DNA of 64,000 nucleotides from NCBI GenBank assembly GCA_023264445.1, contig JAHFMN010000001.1:177878-241877 (forward strand), read 5' to 3'. The notes below the pieces were generated by a model. That model worked only from the letters and a program-made list of their open reading frames with translations, did no database searches and was not told where the DNA came from. Made by a program: the position numbers and the translations under genes. Source of the DNA: Candidatus Kaiserbacteria bacterium (GTDB taxonomy: Bacteria; Patescibacteriota; Minisyncoccia; Phycocordibacterales; Phycocordibacteraceae). Of this stretch, positions 26,148 to 35,650 are shown piece after piece (position 1 is the first letter of the stretch; every line of letters begins with the position of its first letter).

Positions 26148-27448
26148 TGTTGCAGTAGAGCGTTTAAGGAACGCTCGGCGGAGGCGAGTGCGGTTTCAAG
26201 CGAGGAGCGACCACTTATCACATCCCCAATCATACCCGAGAAGACAGCGTCCGTAGCCGCAGGCGCTGGGGACAGCCATCCGCGTGTGTAGAGTGCTTCA
26301 GCATATCCGATGGCTGCTATCGGATCGGCAGGAGTAGTAGCAAGTTCTGCGAGAGCTGCTGGTGCGAGTCCGGTTGAAGCCGCAACAGCTGCTTGTGCAG
26401 CTTGGTTTGCAAGCAGTATCGCCGCTTGGTACGCACCGGGGGCATTCTTCGCCCCGCGCGGCATCATAAATGCATACATGAGGCCGTAGGCGCTTTTTAT
26501 ACTTGCTGTTGCCGGCTGCGGCAGGAATGCGACATCGAAATTAAGATTTGGATTCGCAGCGTGCAGGAAGCGCGCTTCAGAAATATATCCGAGGTAGAGC
26601 GCCAAGTCTCCTGCAAGGAATGCCTGCTGCGAATTAGGGAGCGATGCATTCCAGGTGTACGAGACTTTTGAAGGGTCGGTGAACTGCGTGTAGAAGCCGA
26701 CTACGGGCGGTCCGTGAGGCAGGCCGCTCGTCTGTGCCGTTACGCCGAGACTTGCCGAGAGGACACCACTTGCCGCATATGAAGAGAGAGGGACTCCCTG
26801 CTGCAGAAAGAGCGCAGAGAGTATTCCGCGCGCATTGTGGACATTGTCATAGGTGCCAAGTGCAATCAGACCGCGCGTCACTTGCCGCGTCGGGGTGAGC
26901 TCCGCAATTTTCGGGACGAGGCCGACCAGCGCTTCCCAGGTCGTGGGCGGCTGCGCTATGCCGCTACTTGAAAGAATGGAGCGGTTAGAAAAGAGCACAA
27001 GCGGGTCGACGAGAAACGGCACGCCGTAGTAGCCGCCCGGCGCGGTGAAGATGCTGCCCCCTTCGAGGAAGGCGCTTGTAAAGGTGCGCACGGGGAGCGT
27101 TGAGAGATCGATAGGCGTGATGAATTTCGCAAGCGTGCGCAGTTGTTCCTGCGAAGCGAGGACGAGGTCGGGCGCATTACCGGTAGCAATGGCGGCGGCG
27201 AGATCTGACGGAAGCGATGACGGATCCTTCTGTACATACGAGACCGACTTGAGCGATTGGTCAGCGCGTGTAGCGGCTGCGAGAGCCGATTCCATTCCTG
27301 CTTTCGGCAGAGTCCCCCAGATGACGACGGTTCCTACGGCATTTGCATTGCCATTGTTACTCGTATAGGTGGCGAAGACGAAGAGACCGACGAGCGCGGC
27401 GAGACCGAATATGCCGAATAGGATGCCTTGGAAAAGAGAAATTTTCAT
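26144..27448 (-). CDS. extracellular solute-binding protein (ABC-transporter SBP family 1-like), membrane-anchored
   Basis: 434 aa. N-terminal TM anchor, then GTVVIWGTLP...; the length and composition are typical of sugar-type SBPs. No cognate permease in the window. Confidence 0.5.
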   Translation of the reverse strand: MKISLFQGILFGIFGLAALVGLFVFATYTSNNGNANAVGTVVIWGTLPKAGMESALAAATRADQSLKSVSYVQKDPSSLPSDLAAAIATGNAPDLVLASQEQLRTLAKFITPIDLSTLPVRTFTSAFLEGGSIFTAPGGYYGVPFLVDPLVLFSNRSILSSSGIAQPPTTWEALVGLVPKIAELTPTRQVTRGLIALGTYDNVHNARGILSALFLQQGVPLSSYAASGVLSASLGVTAQTSGLPHGPPVVGFYTQFTDPSKVSYTWNASLPNSQQAFLAGDLALYLGYISEARFLHAANPNLNFDVAFLPQPATASIKSAYGLMYAFMMPRGAKNAPGAYQAAILLANQAAQAAVAASTGLAPAALAELATTPADPIAAIGYAEALYTRGWLSPAPAATDAVFSGMIGDVISGRSSLETALASAERSLNALLQQ

Positions 27449-27981
27449 GGCGCTGTAAATATAATACCGTAGTGATGCGCTCCCGCTCTAAATGATTTCG
27501 TCTTGTGGAAGCCCCCGCCGATGAAGAAATCCTCGGCCTCATGCTCGGTAATGACCTGCTCGGGTACCGGACCCATGCCGCCATAGCTGCCGGCCCAGTC
27601 CACGAGCATGAGCTTGCCGCCCGGCTTCAGGACCCGCTTAATCTCCGCGAGAAGCCCGGCACGATTCTCTACCTGAAAGAGTGTGTTTGCGAGGATAACG
27701 GCATCGAGTGATTGGTCGCGCAGGTGCGTGCCGCCCGGCTTCTCGATATCCCCCCAGACCGTATTGATAATGTTCTGGTGGTGCTGGTGCGCATTCAACT
27801 TCAGATGCTTGAGCACGTCTTCCTGGATATCAACGGCATACACTTTTCCACCGTGTCCGATGATGGGTGCTATGGCGCGCGCGTAGTGGCCTGAACCTGC
27901 ACCGAAATCACCGACCTTCATGCCGTCCCGCAGACCAAGCTGAAGGACGTTCTCTTTTGGAGAACTAAACGTAGCGCTCAT
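27445..27981 (-). CDS. class I SAM-dependent methyltransferase
   Basis: 178 aa from MSATFSS. VGDFGAGSGHYA (motif I), VYAVDIQ, and LKPGGKLMLVDW (post-II). The upstream extension to 28194 is rejected. Confidence 0.75.
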   Translation of the reverse strand: MSATFSSPKENVLQLGLRDGMKVGDFGAGSGHYARAIAPIIGHGGKVYAVDIQEDVLKHLKLNAHQHHQNIINTVWGDIEKPGGTHLRDQSLDAVILANTLFQVENRAGLLAEIKRVLKPGGKLMLVDWAGSYGGMGPVPEQVITEHEAEDFFIGGGFHKTKSFRAGAHHYGIIFTAP

Positions 27982-28003
27982 ATGTATAAAATAGCACGCG
28001 CCC

Positions 28004-28063
28004 TCTTCCGAGGGCGCGCAATTAACATATGAAAATGATTCAGGCCGCTCCTCCGGGCGGCCT
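28004..28063. terminator. tandem GC hairpins downstream of the gyrA operon
   Basis: gcgcgccctc-ttcc-gagggcgcgc followed by ggccgc-tcctccgg-gcggcc. No strong T-run. Confidence 0.35.
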
Positions 28064-28069
28064 GTGTGC

Positions 28070-28336
28070 TTAGTGCACCATCTTACTTCGTGACACGCTT
28101 GGCTGACTGGTCTGGCTGCGCATGCTCCACCGAATGTGCGCTTTCTTCTCGAGAGCCACCGCAGCTGCCTCCTCGGGCGTGTGCCCGTACGCAAAGGTAT
28201 CCATCGTCTGCCCCGTGTGCAGACGATCCAGCGAGCCGGTGCCGGGTGTCACAACCCGAACCAGATACGGCATCGGACAGTTCGGGGAGTGTTCAATCAT
28301 ATACGTTTCCCCTGCGAGCATTTCGAAGGCGTTCAT
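28070..28336 (-). CDS. hypothetical small protein
   Basis: 88 aa ORF immediately downstream of gyrA on the same strand. No recognisable domain. Confidence 0.3.
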   Translation of the reverse strand: MNAFEMLAGETYMIEHSPNCPMPYLVRVVTPGTGSLDRLHTGQTMDTFAYGHTPEEAAAVALEKKAHIRWSMRSQTSQPSVSRSKMVH

Positions 28337-28403
28337 GCGGTTCTCCCTTGGGAAAGTTCGGACCGTCTAGATAATACTTCCTAGGTTAGGGTTAGACAAT
28401 GCT

Positions 28404-30881
28404 CTATAACGCAACCATCGAGGCGATAGAATCGCCCTCGCGCATCTTCATGATGCGCACGCCCTGGGTCGCGCGCGAGATTGAAGGGATTTCTGCGACG
28501 CTCGTGCGTATCACCTGCCCTTTCTTGGAGACGACGACAAGCTCTTCATCTTCAAGATTACCGGAAACCACTTTCGCACCGATGATTTCTCCCGTCTTCG
28601 CCGTCACTTCCGCAGTCTTGATACCGGAACCGCCACGACCCTGGATTTTGTATTCAGAAAGTTTAGTACGCTTGCCGTAGCCCTTGCTCATGATAACCAG
28701 AAGTGATGCATCTTTTGCCGCCGCCGGAATCACTTCCGCTGAGACCACTTTGTCACCTTTCTTCACGCTCATGCCGCGCACGCCGCCAGCGGTGCGGCCC
28801 ATCTCGCGCACATCTCCCGCCTCGAAACGAATGCTCTGCCCTTTTGCGGTTACTACCGAGACCGTGTCATCTCTACCCGCAAGATTCGCAGAGACCAGTG
28901 TGTCGCCCTTCTTGAGGTTGATGGCGATGATGCCGGAGCGGCGTACGTCTGCAAAACTCTTTGCCGCCACGCGCTTTGCGGCACCCTCTCGCGTCACGAA
29001 GACGATGGATGACGCTTCAAGCGCCGCGCCCTTAGGCACAGCAAGCACGCCGGTCACCGACTCCTCGCCGGCGAGCGGGAGGAAATTCATGATGGACTTG
29101 CCCTTGGTCGCGCGCTTCCCCTCCGGAATGTCATACATCTTTATCTGATATGCCTTGCCGAAGTTGGTGAAGAATAGGAGGTCGCTGTGTGCCGAGGCGA
29201 CAAGGAAGTGCGTCACGACATCTTCTTCCTTCGTCGCGATGTCGACGACGCCGACGCCGCCGCGCTTCTGCCGGCGATACTCGCTCGGATTCGTACGCTT
29301 CACGTACCCGCCTTGGGTCAGCACGAGCATGGACTCTTCGTCCGGCACGAGATCCTCCGCAGAAATATTCTGCACGCCACCCTTCACGATTTTCGTGCGC
29401 CGATCATCGCCGTATTTCTCCGCAAGTTCCTCAAGCTCTCTCTTTACCACTGCGAGAATCTTCTTCGCGGAAGAGAGAATGTCCTTCAGTTTTGCGATAA
29501 GCGCCTGCACTTCGGTAAGCTCGTCCTCTATCTTCTTGCGCTCAAGCCCGGCGAGCTTGGAAAGGCGCATTTCGAGAATCGCCGCCGCCTGGAGTTCTGA
29601 AAAGCCAAATTTCTTCTGGAGTGCGAGCGATGCGGCGGGGACATCCGCCGCCTTCTTGATAATCGCGATGACTTCATCGATGTGATCGAGTGCTTTGGAA
29701 AGCCCAAGAAGAATATGCTCGCGTGCTTCTGCTTGTCGGAGATCAAATTCGGTGCGGCGCTTTACCACCACCTGACGATGCGTAAGGAAATGACCGAGCA
29801 TGCCCGAGAGTGACAGCATCTCAGGGACGCCATCGACGAGTGCAAGCATGTTGTAGTGAAACGTGCTCTCGAGCGACGTGTGTTTATAGAGCGCATTCAA
29901 AACGGCCTGCGGATGCGCAGTACCTTTCAGTTCAACCACGATGCGGATGTCGCCGCCGGCCGATTCGTCGCGCAAGTCGCGGATACCTTCGAGCTTTTTC
30001 TCGCCGACGAGTTCGGCCATGCGAATGATGAGTTCGCTTTTATTGACGCGATAAGGAATGGAACTGATGATGATGCTCGTATCTTTCTTGCCGTCGTCAA
30101 TGATTTCCGCTTCCCCACGCACCACGACAGGGCCTTTGCCGGTGCTGTAGGCATGCCGGATGTCGGTTTGATTGAAAGCGACGCCGCCGAGTGGGAAATC
30201 AGGACCCTTGATGTGCTGCAGGAGGTCTTCCGTCGTTGCGTCCGGATTCTCGATGAGATGCACGGTCGCCGCGACTACCTCGCGGAGATTGTGTGGCGGG
30301 ATTTCGGTCGCCATACCGACCGCGATGCCAAATGTCCCGTTCAAAAGCAAGTTCGGCAATGCCGAGGGGAGCACACTCGGCTCTTCGCGCGTCGCGTCGT
30401 AGTTGGGATTCCATGCAACAGTCTCTTTCTCAAGATCAGCAAGGAGCGCCTCAGCGATACGCGAGAGCTTCGCTTCGGTGTAGCGCATCGCCGCCGGAGA
30501 ATCGCCATCAATAGAACCGAAGTTGCCCTGTCCGAGCACGAGCGGGTAGCGGTGAGAGAAATCCTGCGCCATCTTCGTCATCGAGTCGTAGACGGCAGAG
30601 TCGCCGTGCGGGTGGTACTTACCGAGCACGTCGCCGACCACGAGCGCACTCTTGCGGAATTTCGCGCCCGGCAGAAGTCCGAGCTCTTTCATCGCATAGA
30701 GGATGCGGCGATGCACCGGCTTCAATCCATCGCGCACGTCCGGCAGAGCACGCCCGGTGATGACCGACATCGCGTAGTCCACATACGACGTGCGCATCTC
30801 GCTCACGATCGATTGACTGATGACGTTTGCAGCAACGGGAGCTACTCCATCCTTATTCATGTCTTCTTTCCCGCGCGCCAT
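28404..30881 (-). CDS. gyrA: DNA gyrase subunit A
   Basis: 825 aa. [29 protein letters not shown] includes the active-site Tyr region. C-terminal beta-pinwheel repeats. Confidence 0.95.
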   Translation of the reverse strand: MARGKEDMNKDGVAPVAANVISQSIVSEMRTSYVDYAMSVITGRALPDVRDGLKPVHRRILYAMKELGLLPGAKFRKSALVVGDVLGKYHPHGDSAVYDSMTKMAQDFSHRYPLVLGQGNFGSIDGDSPAAMRYTEAKLSRIAEALLADLEKETVAWNPNYDATREEPSVLPSALPNLLLNGTFGIAVGMATEIPPHNLREVVAATVHLIENPDATTEDLLQHIKGPDFPLGGVAFNQTDIRHAYSTGKGPVVVRGEAEIIDDGKKDTSIIISSIPYRVNKSELIIRMAELVGEKKLEGIRDLRDESAGGDIRIVVELKGTAHPQAVLNALYKHTSLESTFHYNMLALVDGVPEMLSLSGMLGHFLTHRQVVVKRRTEFDLRQAEAREHILLGLSKALDHIDEVIAIIKKAADVPAASLALQKKFGFSELQAAAILEMRLSKLAGLERKKIEDELTEVQALIAKLKDILSSAKKILAVVKRELEELAEKYGDDRRTKIVKGGVQNISAEDLVPDEESMLVLTQGGYVKRTNPSEYRRQKRGGVGVVDIATKEEDVVTHFLVASAHSDLLFFTNFGKAYQIKMYDIPEGKRATKGKSIMNFLPLAGEESVTGVLAVPKGAALEASSIVFVTREGAAKRVAAKSFADVRRSGIIAINLKKGDTLVSANLAGRDDTVSVVTAKGQSIRFEAGDVREMGRTAGGVRGMSVKKGDKVVSAEVIPAAAKDASLLVIMSKGYGKRTKLSEYKIQGRGGSGIKTAEVTAKTGEIIGAKVVSGNLEDEELVVVSKKGQVIRTSVAEIPSISRATQGVRIMKMREGDSIASMVAL

Positions 30882-30899
30882 GATAATTCGATGAACCTA

Positions 30900-31247
30900 T
30901 TAAAAAGGTATCGTCGTCTGCTCCGCTTGCTTCTTCACTGATGGAGATGCGGCGTCGATAATTTCGATGTGCGCAGGCGTATTTACAGACTCTGGGAGCG
31001 CGGAAGCGGCGCCCACACCTGCAAGATTCTGGTTCCCGGGCTCCCCCGCCACCGCGCTCGGTTCCTGCCCCGTTGCTCCGGCAAATGAAGATTCCTGGAT
31101 GGAGAACACGCCCGTACTTAAAGAACCCGCGAGCCATACAAGCGCGATGAATGCTGCGCCGACAGTCGCTGAAGCAAACGCAACTTGCTTGCGGATGTGA
31201 TGCGGCTTCCCCTTCACGAGCTCAATGTGATCAAAAATAGTTTTCAT
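30900..31247 (-). CDS. hypothetical membrane protein
   Basis: 115 aa. One TM helix. Sits between the MBL-fold hydrolase and gyrA in the same orientation. Confidence 0.45.
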   Translation of the reverse strand: MKTIFDHIELVKGKPHHIRKQVAFASATVGAAFIALVWLAGSLSTGVFSIQESSFAGATGQEPSAVAGEPGNQNLAGVGAASALPESVNTPAHIEIIDAASPSVKKQAEQTTIPF

Positions 31248-31253
31248 GGCCGA

Positions 31254-31895
31254 TTAGGGTGTTACCACCAGTATACTTCCATCCAGCCCGGCCAAATCCT
31301 TTTTCTTCAGGGTGAGCTTGTCTACTTTCTGGCTCCCGTTCCCCGCCTCTTTCAGGAAGGCATCGAGCGCTTTCGGCTCTCCTATGCCGCTCCAGTGCAT
31401 CGGGACGATGATTTTTGGCTCAAGCGACACTGCAAGCTCATGCGCTTTTGCAGGAGAGAGCACTCCATCGCCGCCGATCGGCACAAAAAGCACATCTATC
31501 TCATCAATACTTTCGCGGGCCTCTTTGGAAAGTTCAGCATCGGCAAGCGCGCCCAGATGCACGAGTGTCATGTCCTCCAGTTCTACGCTGTAGATGGTAT
31601 TGACGGCCTCGGTCTCGCCTTTTCCAAGGCCGTATTTGCTTTTTGAAAGGAATCCTTGAATGACGACACCCTGCCGCTCGTATTCGCCGGGGCCGGTAAT
31701 CGCGAACGGTTTCTTCTCGCCGTAGCTCACCTCTTCAATACCGTTCATGTCTGGGTGGTCGCGCGAGACAAGCGCGATGTCCGTGCCGAAACGGACAGCA
31801 GGGAGCGAAGCGCCCTTGGCTATGGGATCAAAGACGAGCGTGAGGTCGCCAAACGTCACCTTAAAACACTGCCCGCCGTGGTGGGTTATGACCAT
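31254..31895 (-). CDS. MBL-fold metal-dependent hydrolase (beta-lactamase-like, UlaG/Lactamase_B_3 type)
   Basis: 213 aa. ITHHGGQCF...SRDHPDMNG...VPMHWS metal-ligand blocks. Confidence 0.7.
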   Translation of the reverse strand: MVITHHGGQCFKVTFGDLTLVFDPIAKGASLPAVRFGTDIALVSRDHPDMNGIEEVSYGEKKPFAITGPGEYERQGVVIQGFLSKSKYGLGKGETEAVNTIYSVELEDMTLVHLGALADAELSKEARESIDEIDVLFVPIGGDGVLSPAKAHELAVSLEPKIIVPMHWSGIGEPKALDAFLKEAGNGSQKVDKLTLKKKDLAGLDGSILVVTP

Positions 31896-31976
31896 ATAAT
31901 TGCCCCTATTTTAGCATAAAACTCGCGTGTATGAAAGCGCCTTTTGATCTTCTTTTATAAGACCATTTGGGGGCTA

Positions 31977-32004
31977 TTGACAATAGACGAGGTGGGTGTA
32001 TAAT
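31977..32004 (+). promoter_or_regulatory. strong sigma70-type promoter
   Basis: TTGACA (31977-31982), 16 nt, TATAAT (31999-32004). Confidence 0.55.
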
Positions 32005-32078
32005 GTCTAGCAGACGTTTCGAGGAACATTTCGAAAACTTTGGGCTCGTCTCCCGCAAATTAAAAAGGAGAAAGTCTC

Positions 32079-32210
32079 ATGCACGGACCTTCGATGACGA
32101 ATCAACTGAGCGCAACGCGCAATACCTTTATGGACATCCAGGGCGACAAGGACGCGATCGACAACGCGCTCGGCCACGGCGGCCGCGCGGTCAAGACCGG
32201 CGCCGGCTGA
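32079..32210 (+). CDS. orphan 43-aa small protein (hypothetical)
   Basis: MHGPSMTNQLSATRNTFMDIQGDKDAIDNALGHGGRAVKTGAG. SD AAAGGAGAaagtctcATG. Promoter upstream and terminator downstream. Not in the ORF track (shorter than 60 aa). Confidence 0.4.
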   Translation: MHGPSMTNQLSATRNTFMDIQGDKDAIDNALGHGGRAVKTGAG

Positions 32211-32274
32211 CCATCGCCGGGCGGCGCGGGGCTGACAACGCAATACGGCAACACTGCCAGCCCTAACCAAGAAC

Positions 32275-32308
32275 GCGGCCATCCTACGGGATGGCCGCTT
32301 TTCCTTTT
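32275..32308 (+). terminator. rho-independent terminator
   Basis: gcggccatcc-tacg-ggatggccgc + ttttcctttt. Confidence 0.65.
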
Positions 32309-32496
32309 GTGCACAAGACTTGCGAAACGCAGTTGAGCCGAAAAATAACTCTGATACAGTCAAATGTGGATGCCCCCTTACCAAGGATCGGCGTCCACCG
32401 CTATACCTTCTAACAAGGAGGTGTCGATGAAACGCGAGCGACAGCCGGGGCAGGCGAAGAGCGCCTGAATCCCGAGCCATCAGATCTTCCCTCTTC

Positions 32497-32524
32497 AAGG
32501 GGTCCGTGAGGACCCCTTTTTTTA
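32497..32524 (+). terminator. rho-independent terminator
   Basis: aaggggtcc-gtga-ggacccc + ttttttt. Confidence 0.65.
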
Positions 32525-32529
32525 TTCTA

Positions 32530-32558
32530 TTGAGAATCAACCTCTCCTATGCTATAGT
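32530..32558 (+). promoter_or_regulatory. sigma70-type promoter of rpsA
   Basis: TTGAGA, 17 nt, TATAGT, about 95 nt upstream of the rpsA ATG. Confidence 0.5.
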
Positions 32559-32651
32559 CCCCACATCGCGTGCAGGAAAAGTAGATACTGGCTAACCCTC
32601 GGCGCTGCAAGGCACGAGTACCAGCTTCGAAAATCCGCACCGCTTTAATAC

Positions 32652-33770
32652 ATGTCTGAAGAGAAGAAGGCCGCTGTGCCTACTCCGACTATTCATTTGC
32701 CCGAAGGCCACCCGATGGCTGGCCTTGTTGATTCCATCCCGACTCCGCCATCCTCGGGCGACCTCGTCGAGGGCACTATCATCGCGATGAATCGCGGCCG
32801 CGTTTACATCGACCTGCCGCCGTTCGGTACCGGCCTTATTTATGGCCGCGAATATCTAAACGCCGCCGACGTCTTGCGCAAGGCGAATCCGGGGGACGTT
32901 ATCAGTGCAAAGGTCGTGGATCCTGCTGGGCGCGATGGCTACATCGAGCTCTCCCTGAAGGAAGCACGCCAAGCGGCTATCTGGGGCGAGGCGGAAACGG
33001 CGATTCTTTCGCAGACGGCATACTCGCTCACGGTGGAAGAAGCGAACAAGGGCGGACTCATCCTCTCCTGGCAAGGCATCCAAGGATTCCTCCCCGCTTC
33101 ACAACTCTCCAAGGAGCACTACCCGCGCGTGCCGGAGGGCGATAAGGACAAGATTCTCGGTGAACTCATGCAGCTCGTCGGCAAGCCGCTTTCGGTGCGC
33201 ATCATCACTGCGGACGCAAAGGAAGGAAAGCTCATTTTCTCGGAACGCACTGAAAACGAGGCCGAAGAGAAGGCGTCTCTCATTGATAAGTATCAGGTCG
33301 GCGACATCGCGGAGGGAGAAGTGACCGGCGTCGTAGACTTCGGCGTCTTCGTGAAGCTTGAGCCGGGGCTTGAAGGCCTCGTGCACATCAGCGAGCTTGA
33401 TTGGGGTCTCGTGGAGGATCCGCACATGTTCTGCAATGTCGGCGACAAGGTCAGGGTCAAGGTCATTGAGATAAAGGATGGAAAGATCTCCCTCTCCATC
33501 AAGGCACTGAAAGAGAATCCGTGGCACACCGCCGCCGAACGCTACTCGAAGGGTATGGAAGTGCCGGGCGTCATCATCAAGTACAACAAGCACGGCGCGC
33601 TTGCATCTATTGAAGAAGGTGTCGCGGGCCTCGTGCACGTGAGCGAGTTTGAATCACCCGCACAACTGCGCGAGACGCTCGAGCTTGGTAAGACGTATCC
33701 CTTCACCATCGCTCTCTTTGAGCCGAAGGAGCAGCGCATGACGCTCACATACGCAGGAAAGAAGAAATAA
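32652..33770 (+). CDS. rpsA: 30S ribosomal protein S1 (four S1 domains, short form)
   Basis: 372 aa with repeated S1-domain blocks (GDVISAKVV..., GDIAEGEVTGVVDFGVFVKL, GDKVRVKVIEI..., GVIIKYNKHGALASIEEGVAGLVHVSE). Confidence 0.85.
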   Translation: MSEEKKAAVPTPTIHLPEGHPMAGLVDSIPTPPSSGDLVEGTIIAMNRGRVYIDLPPFGTGLIYGREYLNAADVLRKANPGDVISAKVVDPAGRDGYIELSLKEARQAAIWGEAETAILSQTAYSLTVEEANKGGLILSWQGIQGFLPASQLSKEHYPRVPEGDKDKILGELMQLVGKPLSVRIITADAKEGKLIFSERTENEAEEKASLIDKYQVGDIAEGEVTGVVDFGVFVKLEPGLEGLVHISELDWGLVEDPHMFCNVGDKVRVKVIEIKDGKISLSIKALKENPWHTAAERYSKGMEVPGVIIKYNKHGALASIEEGVAGLVHVSEFESPAQLRETLELGKTYPFTIALFEPKEQRMTLTYAGKKK

Positions 33771-33778
33771 ACGCTCCG

Positions 33779-33920
33779 GTGAGTGCGATTTCGGAGTACG
33801 CGTCGGCCTCCCCTGCGGGAGGCCGCGCTCGCTCTCAGCTCGCAAATTTTCGCGCAGACCCTTACGGCGCAAAAATTGCCGTGCTGCTTCGCTTCCGAGA
33901 GCCTCCGAAATCGCACTCAC
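33779..33920. repeat. GC-rich nested-hairpin element closed by an 18-bp perfect inverted repeat
   Basis: gtgagtgcgatttcggag (33779-33796) pairs with ctccgaaatcgcactcac (33903-33920). An inner hairpin ggcctccc-ctgc-gggaggcc and gcaa(a)tt(t)gc-type motifs resemble those in the element at 7536-7679. Confidence 0.45.
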
Positions 33921-33939
33921 ACTCCGCTAGGGGAAATGA

Positions 33940-33967
33940 CGCGGCGCCTTCGGCGCCGCGTTTCTTT
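33940..33967 (+). terminator. rho-independent terminator after rpsA
   Basis: cgcggcgcc-ttcg-ggcgccgcg + tttcttt. Confidence 0.55.
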
Positions 33968-34030
33968 ACATATTGGAAATAAAGATGTATGGTGAGCCCG
34001 GCGTTTTTGCCCTTTTGATGCGAGGTTACG

Positions 34031-34891
34031 ATGGACAGAGCTACAGAGCTCGAGCGGCGCAGACTGCTCGAAGAAGTACGAGGTTTCCTTTCGCCATCTT
34101 CTCCTGGTTTTAGCGGCGAAGAATCGCCGAAGCAGGCGATGGAGCTTTCCGTCGCGCTTGCGACGCGTCTGCTCGTCGATGCGGGGAAAGTCGGTGCGAT
34201 TGCGCTCCTCCGACAAGCGATCAACGACGCTCTCGCGAAGTGCGAGAAAGCGCGGCATCGCGACGTCTGGGAAAACGCGGACGCCGTGTGCTTCCAGGCG
34301 CTCTCGTTGTATCTGAAACTGGCCGATGAGAGCGGTCTCGGATGGCCCGAGCGGCAGGCGGTCATTCTTCCGCAGCTCATCGACATCTACTGGCGCTTGC
34401 CGGACAGGTTCGTGGGACAGCGGGAAGAAAAGACCAACTGCATGTCGTACCTGGAGAACGAGCTCTGCATGCAGAAGTCCAAGAAGCTCATCTTCTCGTG
34501 GGTGGTAGGACGCTGGACGCTCGACCTTCGCCCGTTTGAAGCGGCAAAGGGAAATATCGTCACGGCGTTTGCCTTCATCTGCGATGTGTTCAAGCAGGAA
34601 GAGCAGTCGTCAGGCCGAAAAACGACTCCGCGAAACATCAAGCTCCTCACGAGCCATTCATCCGGCCATGCATTGGTCAATGAGCGACGCAAGCTCATGC
34701 CGGAAGAAAAATCGCTCTACGTGCACATCCTAATGCAGCACTGCGAGCGGGCGAAGCCCGAACAGCTTCGGCCGTGGGTGAAGGACGATCTGCCGGTTGA
34801 AATCATCGAGCTCTTCCAGGGAGTACTCATCCGGACTGGAGATACATCCATCGCTCTGCAGCTCTTGAAGAGCATTCCGGTACCGGCCTAA
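34031..34891 (+). CDS. hypothetical protein
   Basis: 286 aa, coherent ORF with no recognisable motif. Followed by a terminator. Confidence 0.5.
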   Translation: MDRATELERRRLLEEVRGFLSPSSPGFSGEESPKQAMELSVALATRLLVDAGKVGAIALLRQAINDALAKCEKARHRDVWENADAVCFQALSLYLKLADESGLGWPERQAVILPQLIDIYWRLPDRFVGQREEKTNCMSYLENELCMQKSKKLIFSWVVGRWTLDLRPFEAAKGNIVTAFAFICDVFKQEEQSSGRKTTPRNIKLLTSHSSGHALVNERRKLMPEEKSLYVHILMQHCERAKPEQLRPWVKDDLPVEIIELFQGVLIRTGDTSIALQLLKSIPVPA

Positions 34892-34908
34892 TCACAGGCC
34901 CACACCAC

Positions 34909-34935
34909 AACCCCGCCCCCGCGGGGTGTTTTTTT
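34909..34935. terminator. bidirectional rho-independent terminator
   Basis: ccccgc-cccc-gcgggg + tgttttttt, between the convergent hypothetical gene (+) and pth (-). Confidence 0.55.
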
Positions 34936-34956
34936 ACCTGGCAATCAAATTAAAAA

Positions 34957-35553
34957 TTAACGGGTATTTGCAAACTGGGTGGCAGATTCAATCCCTTCAG
35001 CGGCGAAGAGACGCGCCGCTTCGGCGGCTTTCTTCAATATTTTTTTTACCACTGCTTCTTCGCCCGGCTTCCATTTCCCTATCACGTGTTTAATCACTTT
35101 TTCTTCGCCTGATACTTTCTTCGCCTGATTCTTCTTCCCTGTTCCTGAAATGCCGATACGAATGCGTGCGAAGTCCTGTGTCTTTACCGTGCGCATGATG
35201 CTCTCTACTCCCTTGTGCCCGCCGCTTCCGCGACCGAACACCATCTTGAGCGTACCGAGCGGCAAATCGAGATCGTCGTGTATGACTAAAAGATTTTTTG
35301 CCGCCTTCGGGCTCTTCACAAATGCCGCGACTGCTTTCCCAGAAAGATTCATCATTGTCTCCGGCAGGACAAGCGTCGCATTTCCTCCGCCGACCGTGCC
35401 TTTGGCGACAAGCGCCTTCGCAGTTTTATTCAAAACGAACCCATCAACGCCTTCTTGCTTCGCAAGAAGCTCCACTGTGCTTCGTCCGGCATTGTGCCGC
35501 GTCTTTTCATATTCTTTTCCCGGGTTCCCGAGCCCGACGATGACGAGTGCCAT
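34957..35553 (-). CDS. pth: peptidyl-tRNA hydrolase
   Basis: 198 aa from MALVIVGLGNPGKEYEKTRHNAG...HDDLDLPLG...GHKG. The upstream ORF extension to 35772 is rejected. Confidence 0.85.
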   Translation of the reverse strand: MALVIVGLGNPGKEYEKTRHNAGRSTVELLAKQEGVDGFVLNKTAKALVAKGTVGGGNATLVLPETMMNLSGKAVAAFVKSPKAAKNLLVIHDDLDLPLGTLKMVFGRGSGGHKGVESIMRTVKTQDFARIRIGISGTGKKNQAKKVSGEEKVIKHVIGKWKPGEEAVVKKILKKAAEAARLFAAEGIESATQFANTR

Positions 35554-35650
35554 GCGAAAAATACTACCATATGCCGCTCGCAGACTCGCGACACCTCCGG
35601 CAATTATGCCTCCGGCTTGCGTACTACAAACGAACGAGTACAATGCCTCC

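Noticed and set aside
28684-30941. Several plus-strand ORFs up to 361 aa (28684-29148, 29155-29685, 29856-30941)
   Set aside because: All antisense to gyrA, whose identity is certain. Arg-rich translations.
31967-32540. 99-aa plus-strand and 177-aa minus-strand ORFs in the rpsA upstream gap
   Set aside because: Arg-rich frames that run straight through a consensus promoter and two intrinsic terminators. The real signals are the 43-aa and 13-aa micro-ORFs in other frames.
32300-32650. Possible housekeeping ncRNA (tmRNA, RNase P RNA, SRP RNA, 6S) in the 340-bp non-coding gap
   Set aside because: No tRNA-like acceptor/T-arm pair with a tag-peptide ORF, no GGAGGAAAGUCCGGGC P4 motif (only a partial AGGAGAAAGTC that is an SD), and no SRP domain-IV motif. 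Left as unassigned structured leader.
33099-33638. 179-aa minus-strand ORF
   Set aside because: Antisense to rpsA.
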